From positions 122,078,001 to 122,142,000 of the forward strand of contig OZ024742.1 of the NCBI GenBank assembly GCA_964016885.1: a stretch of 64,000 bases of DNA, written 5' to 3'. The stretch's first letter is position 1, and every line of letters begins with the position of its first letter. The notes below the pieces were generated by a model, which ran no database searches, was not told the DNA's origin, and saw only the letters and a list, made by a program, of their open reading frames with translations. Positions 26,674 through 40,119 of the stretch are shown piece by piece. Source of the DNA: Eledone cirrhosa (Eukaryota). The position numbers were made by a program, and so were the translations under genes.

Positions 26674-27640
26674 TATCTGTACATTAATTTATTTCTTTAT
26701 CAACACAATTACCAATAGTGCTTTATACTCTCTAAACTATACCATGTATATGAGAATAGAAAGGTGTGTCTTTCTTTTTTCATTGTCTGTTTCCCTTCAT
26801 TCTGTCTCTGACTACGTATGGATCTCTTTCTCTCTCTTGCAGTCTCTCTCTGTATATATATAATTTAACAAGAGTATATAGTCCTATCATATTTCTCCAG
26901 GAATAGGTACGTGTAGCATGGATACACATTTTGTTAATTATCCTTTTGAACATCGAACATTTGTGACACATATCGCAGTAGGTAGCATTCGAACTGTGTA
27001 ATCGTGGCGACGATTAATCAGCGAAAAAGGTGATGATATTACAGTGAGAATGATTAAATAAAACAATCTTTAACATGATCTACTCTTCAATACGCTATGA
27101 TAAAGTACGAGTAAGTCAAAGTGACATAGCGAAAGGCGCAGAATGCACATTGTATTACGGAAAGTCTGACTATTGTAAATATATATATATATATCCCCAT
27201 CGTATTATCATTGGATAGTGTACACAGATATGTTTTAATATATTTAGAGATAAAAATACGAAAAATACAAACAAAATCACATCTATATCTTTTGATATTT
27301 TCAATTGTTTTCGTCATTGTTCGTTATTCTAACGTTTTTTTTTTGTTTTCTTTTTGGCTTCTATTATGATTACTTATGTTATTAATACCCCTATTTGTAT
27401 TCTGTTTGTGTTTGAATAACGTTTTTTATAGTTGAAAAGTAATATATCTCTAGGCATTTATAGAATTATGTAGATGCCTAGAGATATGTTAGGTTTAATC
27501 TCCGTTATTATTTGCAGTGTCGATAATATAAAAGAAAAAAGAAAACATCAAAGTATTTGAAAAAAAAAAATCACAAAACCAAAAAAAGCAAACTCATAAA
27601 AATGTTTGTATATTTTTTTAATGTATACATTTAATATGGA

Positions 27641-27970
<330 letters not shown>

Positions 27971-29329
27971 AATTGTGTAAGAACATATAGACATAATGTA
28001 TATATGAAGTAGTTTTAATGTGCTTTCATACTAAACCTCTGCTAAATATAAATTATACATTTTTCCGCCATCATGTTAACAAAATCATTCGAAACGCTTA
28101 CAATATTTGCCCTCTTTTGGCTTTTATAATTCCTTTGCAGTCATTCGCAGTCATTTGCAATGATTTGAGTCAAGATATTTTCCCCTCAAAAAAAGAAAAA
28201 AAAAAATACTCCCATCGATTAGATTTTCTTTAAAGTGTAATATCAGATCTTGATAAAATCATATTTTATTAACTACTAAATATCAGCTGATCGTTACTTA
28301 TTCCTTAAAAACCATAAGGACTATTTCCATTATTTTTCGCAGTCTTAATACTTATACACATTAGTACCGAAACGTTTCATTCCTTTTTGCAGTTGATGAC
28401 AATCAATTCATCTTACAATCGTAATCGCTTTATTTCTGGCTAAGTAAGTTACTGTTGAAAAAAAAAAGTTAAAATCCAATTATGTTTTTTAAACTTTAGT
28501 TGAATCTGACATTAACTTTGAGAAGATTACATCCCCTAATGGGAATTAATTTGAGGAACGTCAACGTTACAAAAGCAATTACACGACAGTTCAGTTATAC
28601 AATTTTTTTTATTGTATGATAAAAGATATCAACTCCTCACAACAGTGCCATTTGCTTGTTTAACAAAGGAAATGCATGTCAATGTTACATTTTTTATTTC
28701 ATTCTAAAGGTTCATATGTCTTATCGTTCTATAATTTGCATCGTTGTATATGGCAACACAATACTAATGCTATTACTACAATTATCTTTCTTAGAAAATG
28801 AAAAACAAACAAAAAACATTTATCAACATTTTCTTATTTTGGTTTGGTGACCCATATCTGCGACTCTGATTTGCATCACAAGGGCATCTGTGTAAAATCA
28901 TAAACTTACAGCTTTTTTTTAACGAATCCATATTTAATATATTCAGTATCCATATTTGATATATTTTTAACACATCGATATTTAATATATTCAGCGACTT
29001 CTATGATATACCGTATATTAAAGGATTTCGAAAACTTATGAATCAGTGGTAAATGAACGCCGAGAGAAATATATAATATAGAGGAGGAGCTGCAACTGCC
29101 GCTGTTGACTGGTGAAAAACCGGGTTCGATTTGGCAAGCCATTTACAGGATTGATCAGCGCCGAATATTTATATATAAGGTTGTTTTGTTCTTTGTGAGC
29201 ACATTTTCTAATACTTCTAACTTTTATCTAACTTTTTCTGATTATCTTTCCTTTTCAATCTCAGCAAATGACAAAACACTCTATAATCGTTGCCTTAAAG
29301 ACAGAGAAACCTGATCCTTGCTTTCTTCA

Positions 29330-30225
29330 TGTTGTACGGTCATTTTTCATTAATTTGCATAGAGATGGAAGCCGTTGATGAAGATTCAACAGCAGTACCC
29401 AAACGTAGAACGCCTGTTAAGGATCCTAATACCAATAGAATACCAATATTTGTAAAGACAGAAATGATTAATAAGTGCCTCAGAAAATCAATTAGCACCA
29501 TTGCTAATGATCTCATTGTTTCCAGGCATACTGGAAAAAGCGTGCATGAGGAACTCCGATACAAGGGATATGTGATGCGGAAAGGTCAATTCATGTCTGA
29601 AATGACAAAAAGATAGCTGTTGGCTCCGCGCAAAGCAATTGTTGAGCAAATTGAAACATCAAAAGACTGGAATGCTTTGGTCTCTCTTTGATAGGAAAAA
29701 GTTTGATCAGAACGAAAGGTGAAACCAAGGAATGAAAATGGCTTTGCAAAGATCCTAAAGTCACTCCAATGGTCGTGAGCACAACGTTTCCGGAAACCTG
29801 ATCGTTCTGAGTAATAAGAGAGTTGACGTGCCTTCTTACTTCTTTCCTCAGTTAAGGGTCAATTCTGTTAACTTTAATGGCGTGTTGGAGGAGGTTGTGA
29901 GGACGTGGATAGAGAGCGGGTGCAAAGAAGACCTTTCACGCACCAACACAAATCTGCACCTTCACATAAGCCCAAAACTACCTACAAATCAATGAGCTAC
30001 AATCTTCATAATCACGTCACCCCTAGCTCTCTAGATCTGAATCGGCATGGGGTGTAGTTGAGAGGGAATTCTATTAATTTCTCCATAACAACATTAAATC
30101 TCTGAAGTACGCCATAACTAGCACAATATCTAAAATAGATAAAGTCCATCTAATTCGGTTATATCAACATTTCAAACCTCGTATTGAAGCAGTCATCGAA
30201 GCTTACAGCAGATTCATTGAGTAGA
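29330..30225 (+). mobile_element. Tc1/mariner (DD37D/maT-like) transposase relic
   Basis: RKSISTIANDLIVS..VHEELRYKGYVMRKGQFMSE, then frameshifted KLKHQ..FDQ..WLCKDP, SAPSHK and SLDLN..WGVVE remnants. Confidence 0.75.
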
Positions 30226-30249
30226 TGCCTCAAGAAGAGTTTCAAGATT

Positions 30250-30680
30250 ATGCAAACCAATTGTTTCTCTATAGTTTGGACTTACGTCTCACTTCCTTCT
30301 TCTGATGACCGAATGCTGAAGTTTGTGCATCACATACATACTGCACTGCACAGCTTTTCGTGAGAGCACAAATGTCTGTCTTCACAGCAATGACTTTCAT
30401 TCATGTTGAGCAGAATTCAGCAGTAAACCTATCAAGTGCATGTCGGCGGTCACTTTCCGATGAGATAAACAGTGCCACATACTTTTCAAATTCCAACCGG
30501 CTGAGCTTACTCTCGTAGGTCTTGATGAACCTTCGAATCCGGCTGCACATGTCGATCCTGTTAATGAAGATTATGAACAAATGTAACAGTGCACAGCCTT
30601 CGTGGAGTCCGTTATCTACATTGAATGTTTTCGTCTTAGCACCAATTATCTGAACACAAATGCTAGGACATACCTATAGG
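30250..30680 (-). mobile_element. RTE-like RT relic
   Basis: Minus-strand GLHEGCAL..LFIIFINRI resembles the RT motif GLRQGC.LSP.LF. Heavily decayed. Confidence 0.4.
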
Positions 30681-30729
30681 AATTCCAAGGCTACACACAC
30701 ACACACACGCACATATATATATATATATA

Positions 30730-31240
30730 GTTAAAAGAATAGAGGTGTAACACACAAGTTATTATATATTGGTAAACGGAATAGAAAAGCTGACAAATTG
30801 TTCACAGTTGAAAAATGGTTTAATTAGGAATAAAAGAGTACTAGTGATTGTATGGGTTAGTATTCAGTTGTGGTTTTAAGTTTTTAAGTTTTTACCGGTT
30901 GCGCATTTCTAAATGCTTTTCAAAAATAATTTTGAGATAGAGTGTCCGTGCTGTTTGCTCTGATCTGATTAGTTTTGGGAATTCTTCCTGTTTTTATGTT
31001 AAAAAAGTGGCTCCAGCGTTATTTTGGTGTTGCAAAAATGCTTGTGGTCAAAACAATTTTGATTGGTCGGTAGAGGTCATGTGAATGTAAAAAGTTGATT
31101 TTGCGCCAAGACTGTTTTTATGTTAAAAAAGTGGCTCCAGCAAAAATTCTTGGTCAAAACAATTTTGATTGGTCGGTAGAGGTCATGTGGATAAAAAATT
31201 GATTTTGCGCCAAGATTGAGAAATGACTCTTTCACAACAA

Positions 31241-31291
<51 letters not shown>

Positions 31292-31385
31292 TGTATATGT
31301 GTGTGTGTGTGTGTAGTAGTAGTAGTAAGGTGTTCGATGCTGCGACAATGGCCAGCAGCGATGTGTGTCAAATGGCTATTAAGAT

Positions 31386-31420
<35 letters not shown>

Positions 31421-31425
31421 GGTGT

Positions 31426-31471
<46 letters not shown>

Positions 31472-33494
31472 CAGAGTAATTCGATGGTCAGTAAGAATGT
31501 GTCTGAAAGCAATGGGGGGTATTTTAGCATGTCAACAGATATTTTTCAGCTTTTGTTTTATACGAAGAAGTGCGTGTGTGTGTGTGTGTATAAGTCTCTT
31601 TGTATGTTGATGTACGCGTGTGTATGTGTTTGTGTATATATATATGTGTGTATGTGTGTGGGTGGGTATTTTTTTCCCCCTGGTAAAATGGTGTACATTA
31701 TTCGATTTTTTCAGTAAAATCGGTTCTCTTAATAGAACATAAAAAATCTTAACAATAAAAGGTGTGAAATGATATTCACTATATATATATACACATACAT
31801 ATATTCACTACATATATATATATATATATATACATATATACATACATATATATGCACATATATTTTTTTGTATTGCACCATAGAGCATGTGTGTTTACGT
31901 GTGTCATTGTGTTTATATGTGGGTAGAGATGTGTGCTGATGTAGGTATGTATGTTGACGTGTGTATGTTGTGGGTTCGTCTTAGGGAGAAGTGATTAGAC
32001 GGGGTCCGTATTTGTTAAAGAAGTAAGATTCCTTGCTGATGCGCTGGGTGTGGGTGGCATTATCTTTAAATTTGTAGAGGGGAAAGATTCTGAAGTTGGG
32101 ATGATTTTGGGCGGCACAGGTATCAATGTGTTCACTCAGTGGTATTTTCCTGTATTCCCGTATTTTAATTTGGGATCTATGGACAGTCATGCGTTGGCAG
32201 AGGCTGTTTTTGGTCTGGCCTATGTATTGTTCTCGACAACCTGAACAAGTTAATACATATATTAGATTTTCCGATGCACATGTGAAATTGTGTTTTACTA
32301 TAAAACGTTGTCCATCTTTGAAATAGAATTCCGAACACTCTATTAGGTTGATGCAAATGCCACAGTTGGGTCTATCGCATTTTTTTACTGTGGGTTTCGT
32401 TGTTGTGGTTGGCAGTACTTTGGCATGTGTTAAGATGTTTTTCATTGACTTGGATTGTCTTTTGCTCTTTATGATATCGTGTGTTCGTAGAATTTGGTTC
32501 ATTCTATGGTCCTTTTTCAATACAGGCATGTTCTGGAGGATGGTGTCAAATGCCTCATTGTTGAGGGGGTTGTGTGTGGAGATGTATGGAAGAGCTTTTA
32601 GTTTTGGTTGATTTACTTTAGGGTGTCTAAGGTCCTGGGTACTGAGTTTTAGGGCACGTTGGATTCCATTGTCAATTAGTGATGCAGGGTAGTCCCTGCC
32701 TATGAGTGTGTCCTTTAGTTCTTGTAGCCGTAAGTAGCAGATGTTTTTATTGGAGACTATAGTACAGATTCTCTTGGCTAAGTTGTAGGGAATATTAATT
32801 TTAACGTGTCTAGGGTGGCAAGAGTTGAAGGGGAGATATTGCTTGGAGTCTGTGGGCTTGTAGTATATGTCTGTTTCTATTTTTTTGTTATGGATCTTAA
32901 TGAGGATGTCGAGGAAGGGGAGTTGTTGATGGCTGTATTCCATCGTGAAGTTAATATTTGTGTTGAGCCCATTTATAAGGGTGTGAAATTCTTTAAGTTT
33001 TTCGATGTTTTCGTGCCAAAGGATGAAGCAGTCATCTAGATATCGCTTCCAGTTCCTTTCAATGTGTAAGTGGAGGGTGTTTCCAAATTTGTTTAGGACT
33101 TTAGTGTAGAGGGTGATTTCCAGGTATCCCATGACTAGGTTGGCATAAAAACAGTCTTGGCGCAAAATCAACTTTTTACATTCACATGACCTCTACCGAC
33201 CAATCAAAATTGTTTTGACCACAAGCATTTTTGCAACACAAAAATAACGCTGGAGCCACTTTTTTAACATAAAAACAGGTAGAATTCCCAAAACTAATCA
33301 GATCAGAGCAAACAGCACGGACACTCTATCTCAAAATTATTTTTGAAAAGCATTTAGAAATGCGCAACCGGTAAAAACTTAAAAACTTAAAACCACAACT
33401 GAATACTAACCCATACAATCACTAATACTCTTTTATTCCTAATTAAACTATTTTTCAACTGTGAAAAATTTGTCAGCATTTTCTATTCCGTTTA

Positions 33495-33500
<6 letters not shown>
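30730..33500 (-). mobile_element. Penelope-like element (Naiad/Neptune-type), 5'-truncated, with an inverted terminal-repeat copy, inserted in (TA)n
   Basis: ~355-bp inverted repeats (30766-31120 vs 33144-33500) flank an RT-GIY-YIG ORF. There are (TA)n tracts on both sides and ~35 extra nt beyond the IR at the 3' end. Confidence 0.92.
31981..33143 (-). pseudogene. PLE ORF remnant: RT palm/thumb, CxxxxCxxC linker and GIY-YIG endonuclease, uninterrupted
   Basis: WKRYLDDCF, FTME, LPFLDI, YYKPTD, SCHP, KKCDRPNCGIC, NLIYVLTCSGCREQYIGQT and RMTVH..LSEH. The first ~8 aa of the called ORF come from the inverted repeat. Confidence 0.92.
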
Positions 33501-33532
<32 letters not shown>

Positions 33533-33565
33533 TACATATACATATATATATATATATAAATATAC

Positions 33566-33632
<67 letters not shown>

Positions 33633-33642
33633 TACATATATG

Positions 33643-33716
<74 letters not shown>
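33498..33716. repeat. (TA)n/(CA)n microsatellite
   Basis: Direct inspection. Confidence 0.97.
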
Positions 33717-33719
<3 letters not shown>

Positions 33720-33904
33720 GTTTGTATATGTATAATAAAGCCAAAACAATGCAGGTATGGACATCGAATAAAGAATGCAAATGCAAAAGATATTGTTGAT
33801 AATTAGTCTTTTACCTTAGATTTATTTAAATGTCTTTAATTTTCGAGGTAATATCTCTTCTTCGGAGGGAAGTAAAGCGGTTAAACCAGTGTTCTAAATA
33901 GCTT

Positions 33905-33986
33905 GCCAAGTCATGACTCAAGCCGTTTCGACGGCAGAATTAGTAGTCGAAACGGCTTGAGCTTAGCCGTCGGGGTCCTACTCGTT

Positions 33987-33990
<4 letters not shown>
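33905..33990. mobile_element. Short fold-back carrying 3' half-hammerhead
   Basis: ctcaagccgtttcgac (33917-33932) is the inverse of gtcgaaacggcttgag (33946-33961). The plus strand reads GAAACGGCT-tgagctt-AGCCG-TC-GGGG. Ends in (TA)n. Confidence 0.7.
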
Positions 33991-34081
<91 letters not shown>

Positions 34082-34111
34082 AAAATTAAAGCTATGTTCA
34101 AAGCATTAATT

Positions 34112-34158
34112 CACTTACAATTGTTTCATCCAAACCTAGGCTTGGTGTCTTCGGAGCA
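34112..34158 (-). ncRNA. Minimal hammerhead variant in a solo PLE repeat fragment (~34075-34212)
   Basis: TGCT-CCGAAGA-CA-CCAAGCC ta GGTTTGG-AT-GAAA-CAATTG-TA-AGTG, same family as 12181. Confidence 0.65.
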
Positions 34159-34223
34159 TTTTTCAATAAAATGTTTTAGTATATACATAACCATAAATAG
34201 TATCCTTAATATTATATATATAT

Positions 34224-36535
34224 ATTGTTATACTTGGGGAGGGTCATATTTTAGTAATAATATTGCCAGATATAATAACGAGACACTCACAGTTTGATTG
34301 GTTTTCGCTTCTGTATCTTTTATATCTCCACAGCTAATTAATTTGGTCCTCAATGTTTATCATTGACTGACCAACGGTAAAGAATACAGATATAAACACA
34401 TATATATAGTCTAACAAAGTTCTTTCGTTGCACTTCTGCAACATCATAAGTGGTACTATTATGTTCATCCTGTTGTATTGTATGACTACGGCATTTTTAT
34501 TTTATCCGTAGTTAGATCTGTATGTTTGTAAGCATAAGACAAAGCCTTATTTAATAGGTTAGGTGTAATAGAAGAATAATAGCTTGCTATGGTTAGCATT
34601 TCTAATGAACCGTAAATCATTCATGCATTTATGTATTTGTGTATTTATTCTTTTGGAGTATGTTAGTTTTACGATTCAGGATGTTTGATTTATATATTTA
34701 TATTTATATTTATTTATATATATTTATGGTATATGCGTCGCACACGATGCTAGTCGATGAACATTTTCCACTTAACTTGATGTAAAACTTCAATTATAAC
34801 TTTACTAACAATGATTGTATTTATTATTTATTATATGTATATGGATCACTAATATCGTCTTGAGTTCCGAACAGAATACTCTATGTATATTTGGACAAAT
34901 GTGTATATCTAGTATAATAACATGCTTCTAGCTACATTTATAAGTACTTTAGATACTTAAGGACATTCTAGTGTTATAATTGTTAAATATTTTCTAAATT
35001 ATATAACGATTATTATTTTTTAATTTAATTAAATTTGGATTACTTTCGGGTCAATGAACATCTTAAGTTTTCTCTTTCTCATGCTTTCAGACACTTTAAA
35101 TATGATATTGTACTACAATATAGATCCTTTAAAATGTTCTTGTATTTTTAAATCATATAGCTTAGATATTTGGCACTTTTATGATCGCAAACAATTTACT
35201 TTTTTACTTTTAATCTGGTTCTTATCCTTATGATTCATGAAGTTTGATTTGTATATATATAGTATATATGTATTACGTGATCCTAATATAATAACTTTAA
35301 TTTTTAACAATATTAACAGTAACTTATTTATTATATTATATTATATTAAGTTATGTATAACTGACTAATATCGTCTTGAACTTTAGACAATATGTTCTTT
35401 GTATATATATTTAGACAAATACATATATCTAATTTAATAATAACCTTTTTTAAGTTTAATTATAAGGCCTTTAGATACTTTAAGGCATTCTAATTGTTAA
35501 TTTTTAATTTTTAAAGTTATAACTGTAATTATTTTCTAAATTATATAATGTGAATTATTTCAATATAAAAATCTTTTTTTAATATAATATAAGATAATAT
35601 TATTTAATATGGATTACCTTCGTGAGGATGAAAATATTAGTATTCCTTCTCATGTTTGCAAATACTTGAAATATGATTTTATAAATTAAATATGATAGTA
35701 TGCTTTAATATTAATATATATATTTATAAATTTTATAGCCTGAAATATTATACATTTTGATTAATTCATTATTCTAAACTAACATAAATGATTTGAAATT
35801 TAACGGTCAGCCGGATACGTTTGGATATATATAGTGTTTATAATTAATTGTTAGTATATTTCTAATTAACTAAGGACTCGAAATTAAACCCTCATATAAT
35901 TACACCCAGATATATTTAATATTTACATTGATGGATACTTATAGATAATTCAATAATTCAAAGATTCGCGTTTACTCTTTCACAAAGCTATGCCTAAATC
36001 TATATTCATTTGTTTGTATAGATATATATAATTTTTGCATTATCTAATCGCACCCTATTCATCCACGACAATACAAACCCCCTCCCTATGCTTTATACTA
36101 TAAAAATTATTACTCCTTGTCTCTCTATCCTTGATCAATTCTCTTTTGTTTTCTATACTTCTAGTAATTATATTTTCTCCTCATCTGTTTCTCTCTCTGT
36201 CTTTCTTCTTTCTTATTTCATCAATAATTTAAATTAGTTGAGTCTCTAACAATTATCTAAATTGCTATTATGTATTTTTAAGCTTTATCACACGCACCAT
36301 CTGTATTATATGTAAATATTTTCATGTCTCAATCGTAAGGTATATACATATTGAGTTTTGTCATATCTTATTCACTACCATGACTCAATCTTAACCATAT
36401 ACTATGTCATGCATCATCTTATTTAATCTGATGAGGACGTACTGTTGAAGTTAGCTCAGTACCTCTGAAATATGTATAATAAAATATACTTGATCACACG
36501 AATGTCTATTTTTGTTAATATTTTGAATTAATACT
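34224..36535. mobile_element. AT-rich PLE-derived non-coding block with outward-facing hammerhead-bearing ends
   Basis: The left end matches the 26-kb terminus, with a decayed hammerhead at 34413-34454 (-) (CTTATGA-T-GTTGCA gaag TGCAAC-GAAAGAACTT). The right end has a hammerhead at 36421. Internal diverged duplication ~34790-35170 vs ~35290-35745. Confidence 0.55.
36421..36484 (+). ncRNA. Type-I hammerhead ribozyme, slightly decayed
   Basis: TTTAAT-CTGATGA-GGACGTACTG..CAGTACCTCT-GAAA-TATGTA-TA-ATAAAA. The 3' part is identical to the 53374 copy. Confidence 0.7.
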
Positions 36536-36593
36536 ATATATATATATATATATATATGTATACATATATATATATATATATATATATGTATAC

Positions 36594-36624
<31 letters not shown>

Positions 36625-36661
36625 TATATTGTTATACTTTGGGAGGGTCATGTCAGAAATG

Positions 36662-36713
<52 letters not shown>

Positions 36714-36725
36714 GTGTGTGTTTGT

Positions 36726-36783
<58 letters not shown>
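36535..36783. repeat. (TA)n/(TG)n microsatellite containing a ~30-bp orphan PLE terminus (36629-36660)
   Basis: ttgttatactttgggagggtcatg is identical to 26015-26038. Confidence 0.9.
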
Positions 36784-36787
<4 letters not shown>

Positions 36788-38677
36788 ATACAATACCCTT
36801 TGTTCTGTATAATAATATATATTCAAATTATCTTAATTTTTGGGAATTGAATAAGGAATGCAAGGTTGGGATTAGAACATAATATTTATATGTTTAGAAA
36901 GAACGTATGGACATGACTCGAAAATGTGTCGGTCAGCTTCCATCCCACTAGACATTAAAAGGTTTTTCAGCAATTATATCTGTCATTTGTCTTCAACCGG
37001 AATCATTTGTCATATTAATGTCTTTATTATATTTTGGTGGTATTTCTGCGACTCAGTGGGTTAGTAGAATGTCTCTCGTCCTGTTTTTCTACACCGCTGT
37101 GTCGCTTTCATAGACATACACATACATAGTCAATACCTTTCCGTATTCACAATCTTTATTATAACCCACGTCGATGTTGAGGATCATGACTGCATAACAT
37201 TTCCAAAGATATACATCCGAAACTCTCGGCCCATTAAATACAAGTTCACATTTACTGTTGATGTCAGAAACTAATCTTAGCATAGATTGTATATCCTATA
37301 TTTATTCGTGCATGAAATGGCCTTTTCTGCAGCAATGGTTTGGAATACAAAGTAGCATTTTCCTTCAATCACATTTTCAGGTAATCGTGCTTATATTCAT
37401 CTCTCTTCTCGCAGTCAACGTTATGTATCATGCATGTCAATGAGAATCACATTTTCTTATGAAGATTATGCTAGCATATTCATAAATGGCTACCGTTTGT
37501 TCACCATTAATTCGGTTTCCTTTTGTTCTTTTCCATTGCATGAATGTTGCATAATGACATAATTCATTCCGAATAAAATAAATGTCAATGGAATTTCTAT
37601 ATGTGAAATTTGAAGTACTATATACAACTAACAAATGCTCTGTATCATAAATTTCCTATACATTTTATCACTGGTATCGTATTTTCTTTGTTTATTACAT
37701 AGTACATTTTGTAGCAAACTAGTACTCCATTGTCCTTTGCAGATGTCTGCTTTAAATGACATTGCAAATGATAAACGGAAGAAGCTGCTGTTGACAAGCA
37801 ACTACATGTGTATACTTTAATTCCATGTATAACTAGAAATGTCTTGTATATTACAGAGATGATAAACTGCAACGTCAACTTTGACAGGGTCTCACATTTG
37901 GACGGGGAAGAGATGAAACTGAATCATATCAGGCTCTCAGTCAACATAAATTTAAATATTCCTTGAAAATGGAAACCAAATTGTGGATAAATAACAGGGT
38001 AAATGCATGTTTCACTGTCATATATGAACGCAATACCATAAATACACATCATCTTCAGTGATATATATATGCTCGTGTTTCGCAGGCAATATTACAAGAT
38101 GATATTTATTTTGAACAATAATCACAGGGAGATATCTAAAGTATATATCAACACACGGCCTTTGAAGGATAGTCTGAAACCCTTTTAGCTTTACTATGTT
38201 GCTTCTAAATAGCTCGGTAATGATTATATAACGATATCAGCAGATTGATCAGATAAGCTTAGCGAACAAATCACCCCATGTAACGTTATATATGATGTGA
38301 ATATTACGAATGATTTTATTACATGTTCCAGGTGTATCTAATGCATTGTATTTGAAATATGCAACTCCAATGACACACGCGGTTAATTTAGGGGTTACAT
38401 GGCGCTTAGATGAACAAACGTCGCTGTACAATACAAGAAACATACATTCTGTACAATTTAATTCATACCAATAAGACGAAATTGTGATTCTGTGGTTAAG
38501 AAGTAAGCTTCAAAATAACATACTTTCGGGTTTAATCTAGCTATGCCATGTGTTGTTTACAATATATCAAAGCCTTGGATATGCCATCATTTGAGAAGAG
38601 AACATGACAGTCAGAAATTGTATTTTTATACACACACACACACAAGCATATATACTTGCACGCATACACATAAACAC

Positions 38678-38679
<2 letters not shown>

Positions 38680-38710
<31 letters not shown>

Positions 38711-38737
38711 TGTATGTATGTATGTATGTATGTATGT
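38680..38737. repeat. (TATG)n microsatellite
   Basis: Direct inspection. Confidence 0.97.
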
Positions 38738-39016
38738 ACAGGAGAGGTAGATGGTTTATAAGACATTTCTAAATAATAAAATGTTTACTCTTTTCTAACG
38801 TTTTGTGTACCTTATATAACTGGTTATTTTCCGAGCGCATTTTGATGAAATATTTTCCTATTCTATATATTCTATATATGTTTCCCTCATATAGCTTAAT
38901 GTGTTAACTATTATGGAAAAAATAATTTCTCGTATCATTGAGTGCTTAGGGACTGCCTCAAATAATTCGACTGTTTTCAGTCTTTTGCAGCTACAGGTTC
39001 GATGTGATATTATATA

Positions 39017-39090
<74 letters not shown>

Positions 39091-39175
39091 TAAGTTTATC
39101 CTGGGTTCAATCGGGGGTAACCACAGTAAGTAAGGTACTAAATACAAAGCAGAGTATAAATATTTAATATAGAAA

Positions 39176-39226
39176 GGCTTCTACAGGACCAGAACTGTTT
39201 CATTCGGGAGAAATCATCAGGAAGCC
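39176..39226 (-). ncRNA. Type-I hammerhead ribozyme in a ~280-bp element (39092-39370) between (TA)n tracts
   Basis: GGCTTC-CTGATGA-tTTC tccc GAAt-GAAA-CAG ttctggtc CTG-TA-GAAGCC. 6-bp P1, canonical core, GUA triplet. Confidence 0.8.
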
Positions 39227-39559
39227 GACTGTCCAAGTAATATGGTAGTATTTATAAATAACAGCATATTACTTGGACAGTAAATATTTGCTCAAGGTTC
39301 TTATATATTTGATATATATTTATCCTTATCGAGCCCTCTTTGGATTTTAGTCTTCGCATTTATGACTATTACTATATATATATATATATATACACGTAAT
39401 ATGTACGATCCCAATGTATAACGGAGGTGACCACTGTTAACAAAGGTACTCCTTACGTCAGTTCATATTATTATAGAACGATATCTCGTCCACGAACAGT
39501 TTTATTCGTAAGAAATGACTTCCCTGGTGATTTCTTATGAACGAAACAGGCTTTGTCCC

Positions 39560-40040
39560 GTACAAGTCATTTCTATAATAGAATGCGGCATGTGTCAGAA
39601 AAGTAACATAAGTGGTGCGTGGCGATCGTGGGCTGACTGTACGATTGAGCACGGGTGAGGAAAGCATGAACCGCGACAGCATTTGGAAAATTATCACCGA
39701 AGAAATAGGTATGCGGAAGATCTGTGCGAAGATTGTGCCGAAAATGCTGAACGATGAACAGAAGGTACGGTGCATGCATGTGTACGAGAACATCCTCGAG
39801 AGTCTTGTAATTGAACCGAGTCATATTCGAGAATGACACGTCTTCCGCACGTGGAAGCCATCATGAGGGCCATTACGATTGAGCTGTAGATAATCCCGGG
39901 AAAATCCATCCATTAGTGCATGGATGCGTGGCGTAAGATGCATTAAACTTGGGGGGCTATATTTCGAAAGGAAAAACTTGTAATTTCGCTTTGAAATAGT
40001 TTTGGCGACCCCAGTCCTGTTTCTTTTTTGACACACCTAG

Positions 40041-40041
<1 letters not shown>
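39560..40041 (+). mobile_element. mariner transposon relic, internally deleted, with right TIR ending in TA
   Basis: VRGDRGLTVR..IWKIITEEIGMRKICAKIVPKMLNDEQK, a C-terminal CIKLGG/YFE remnant, and terminal cttttttgacacacctagTA. Confidence 0.8.
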
Positions 40042-40044
<3 letters not shown>

Positions 40045-40110
<66 letters not shown>

Positions 40111-40119
40111 TAATAATAA
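40045..40119. repeat. (TAA)n microsatellite, left boundary of the Dong array
   Basis: Direct inspection. Confidence 0.98.

Noticed and set aside
33184-33225. ATGA..AA..GA in the Naiad-type repeat as a SECIS element
   Set aside because: No helix forms between the ATGA and GA sides, and the surviving ORF has no in-frame UGA.
33825-33875. CCGAAGA-AGAG..CTC-GAAA on the minus strand as a hammerhead
   Set aside because: No stem III, UH triplet or P1 partner is recognisable. At best it is a heavily decayed copy, so it was not counted.
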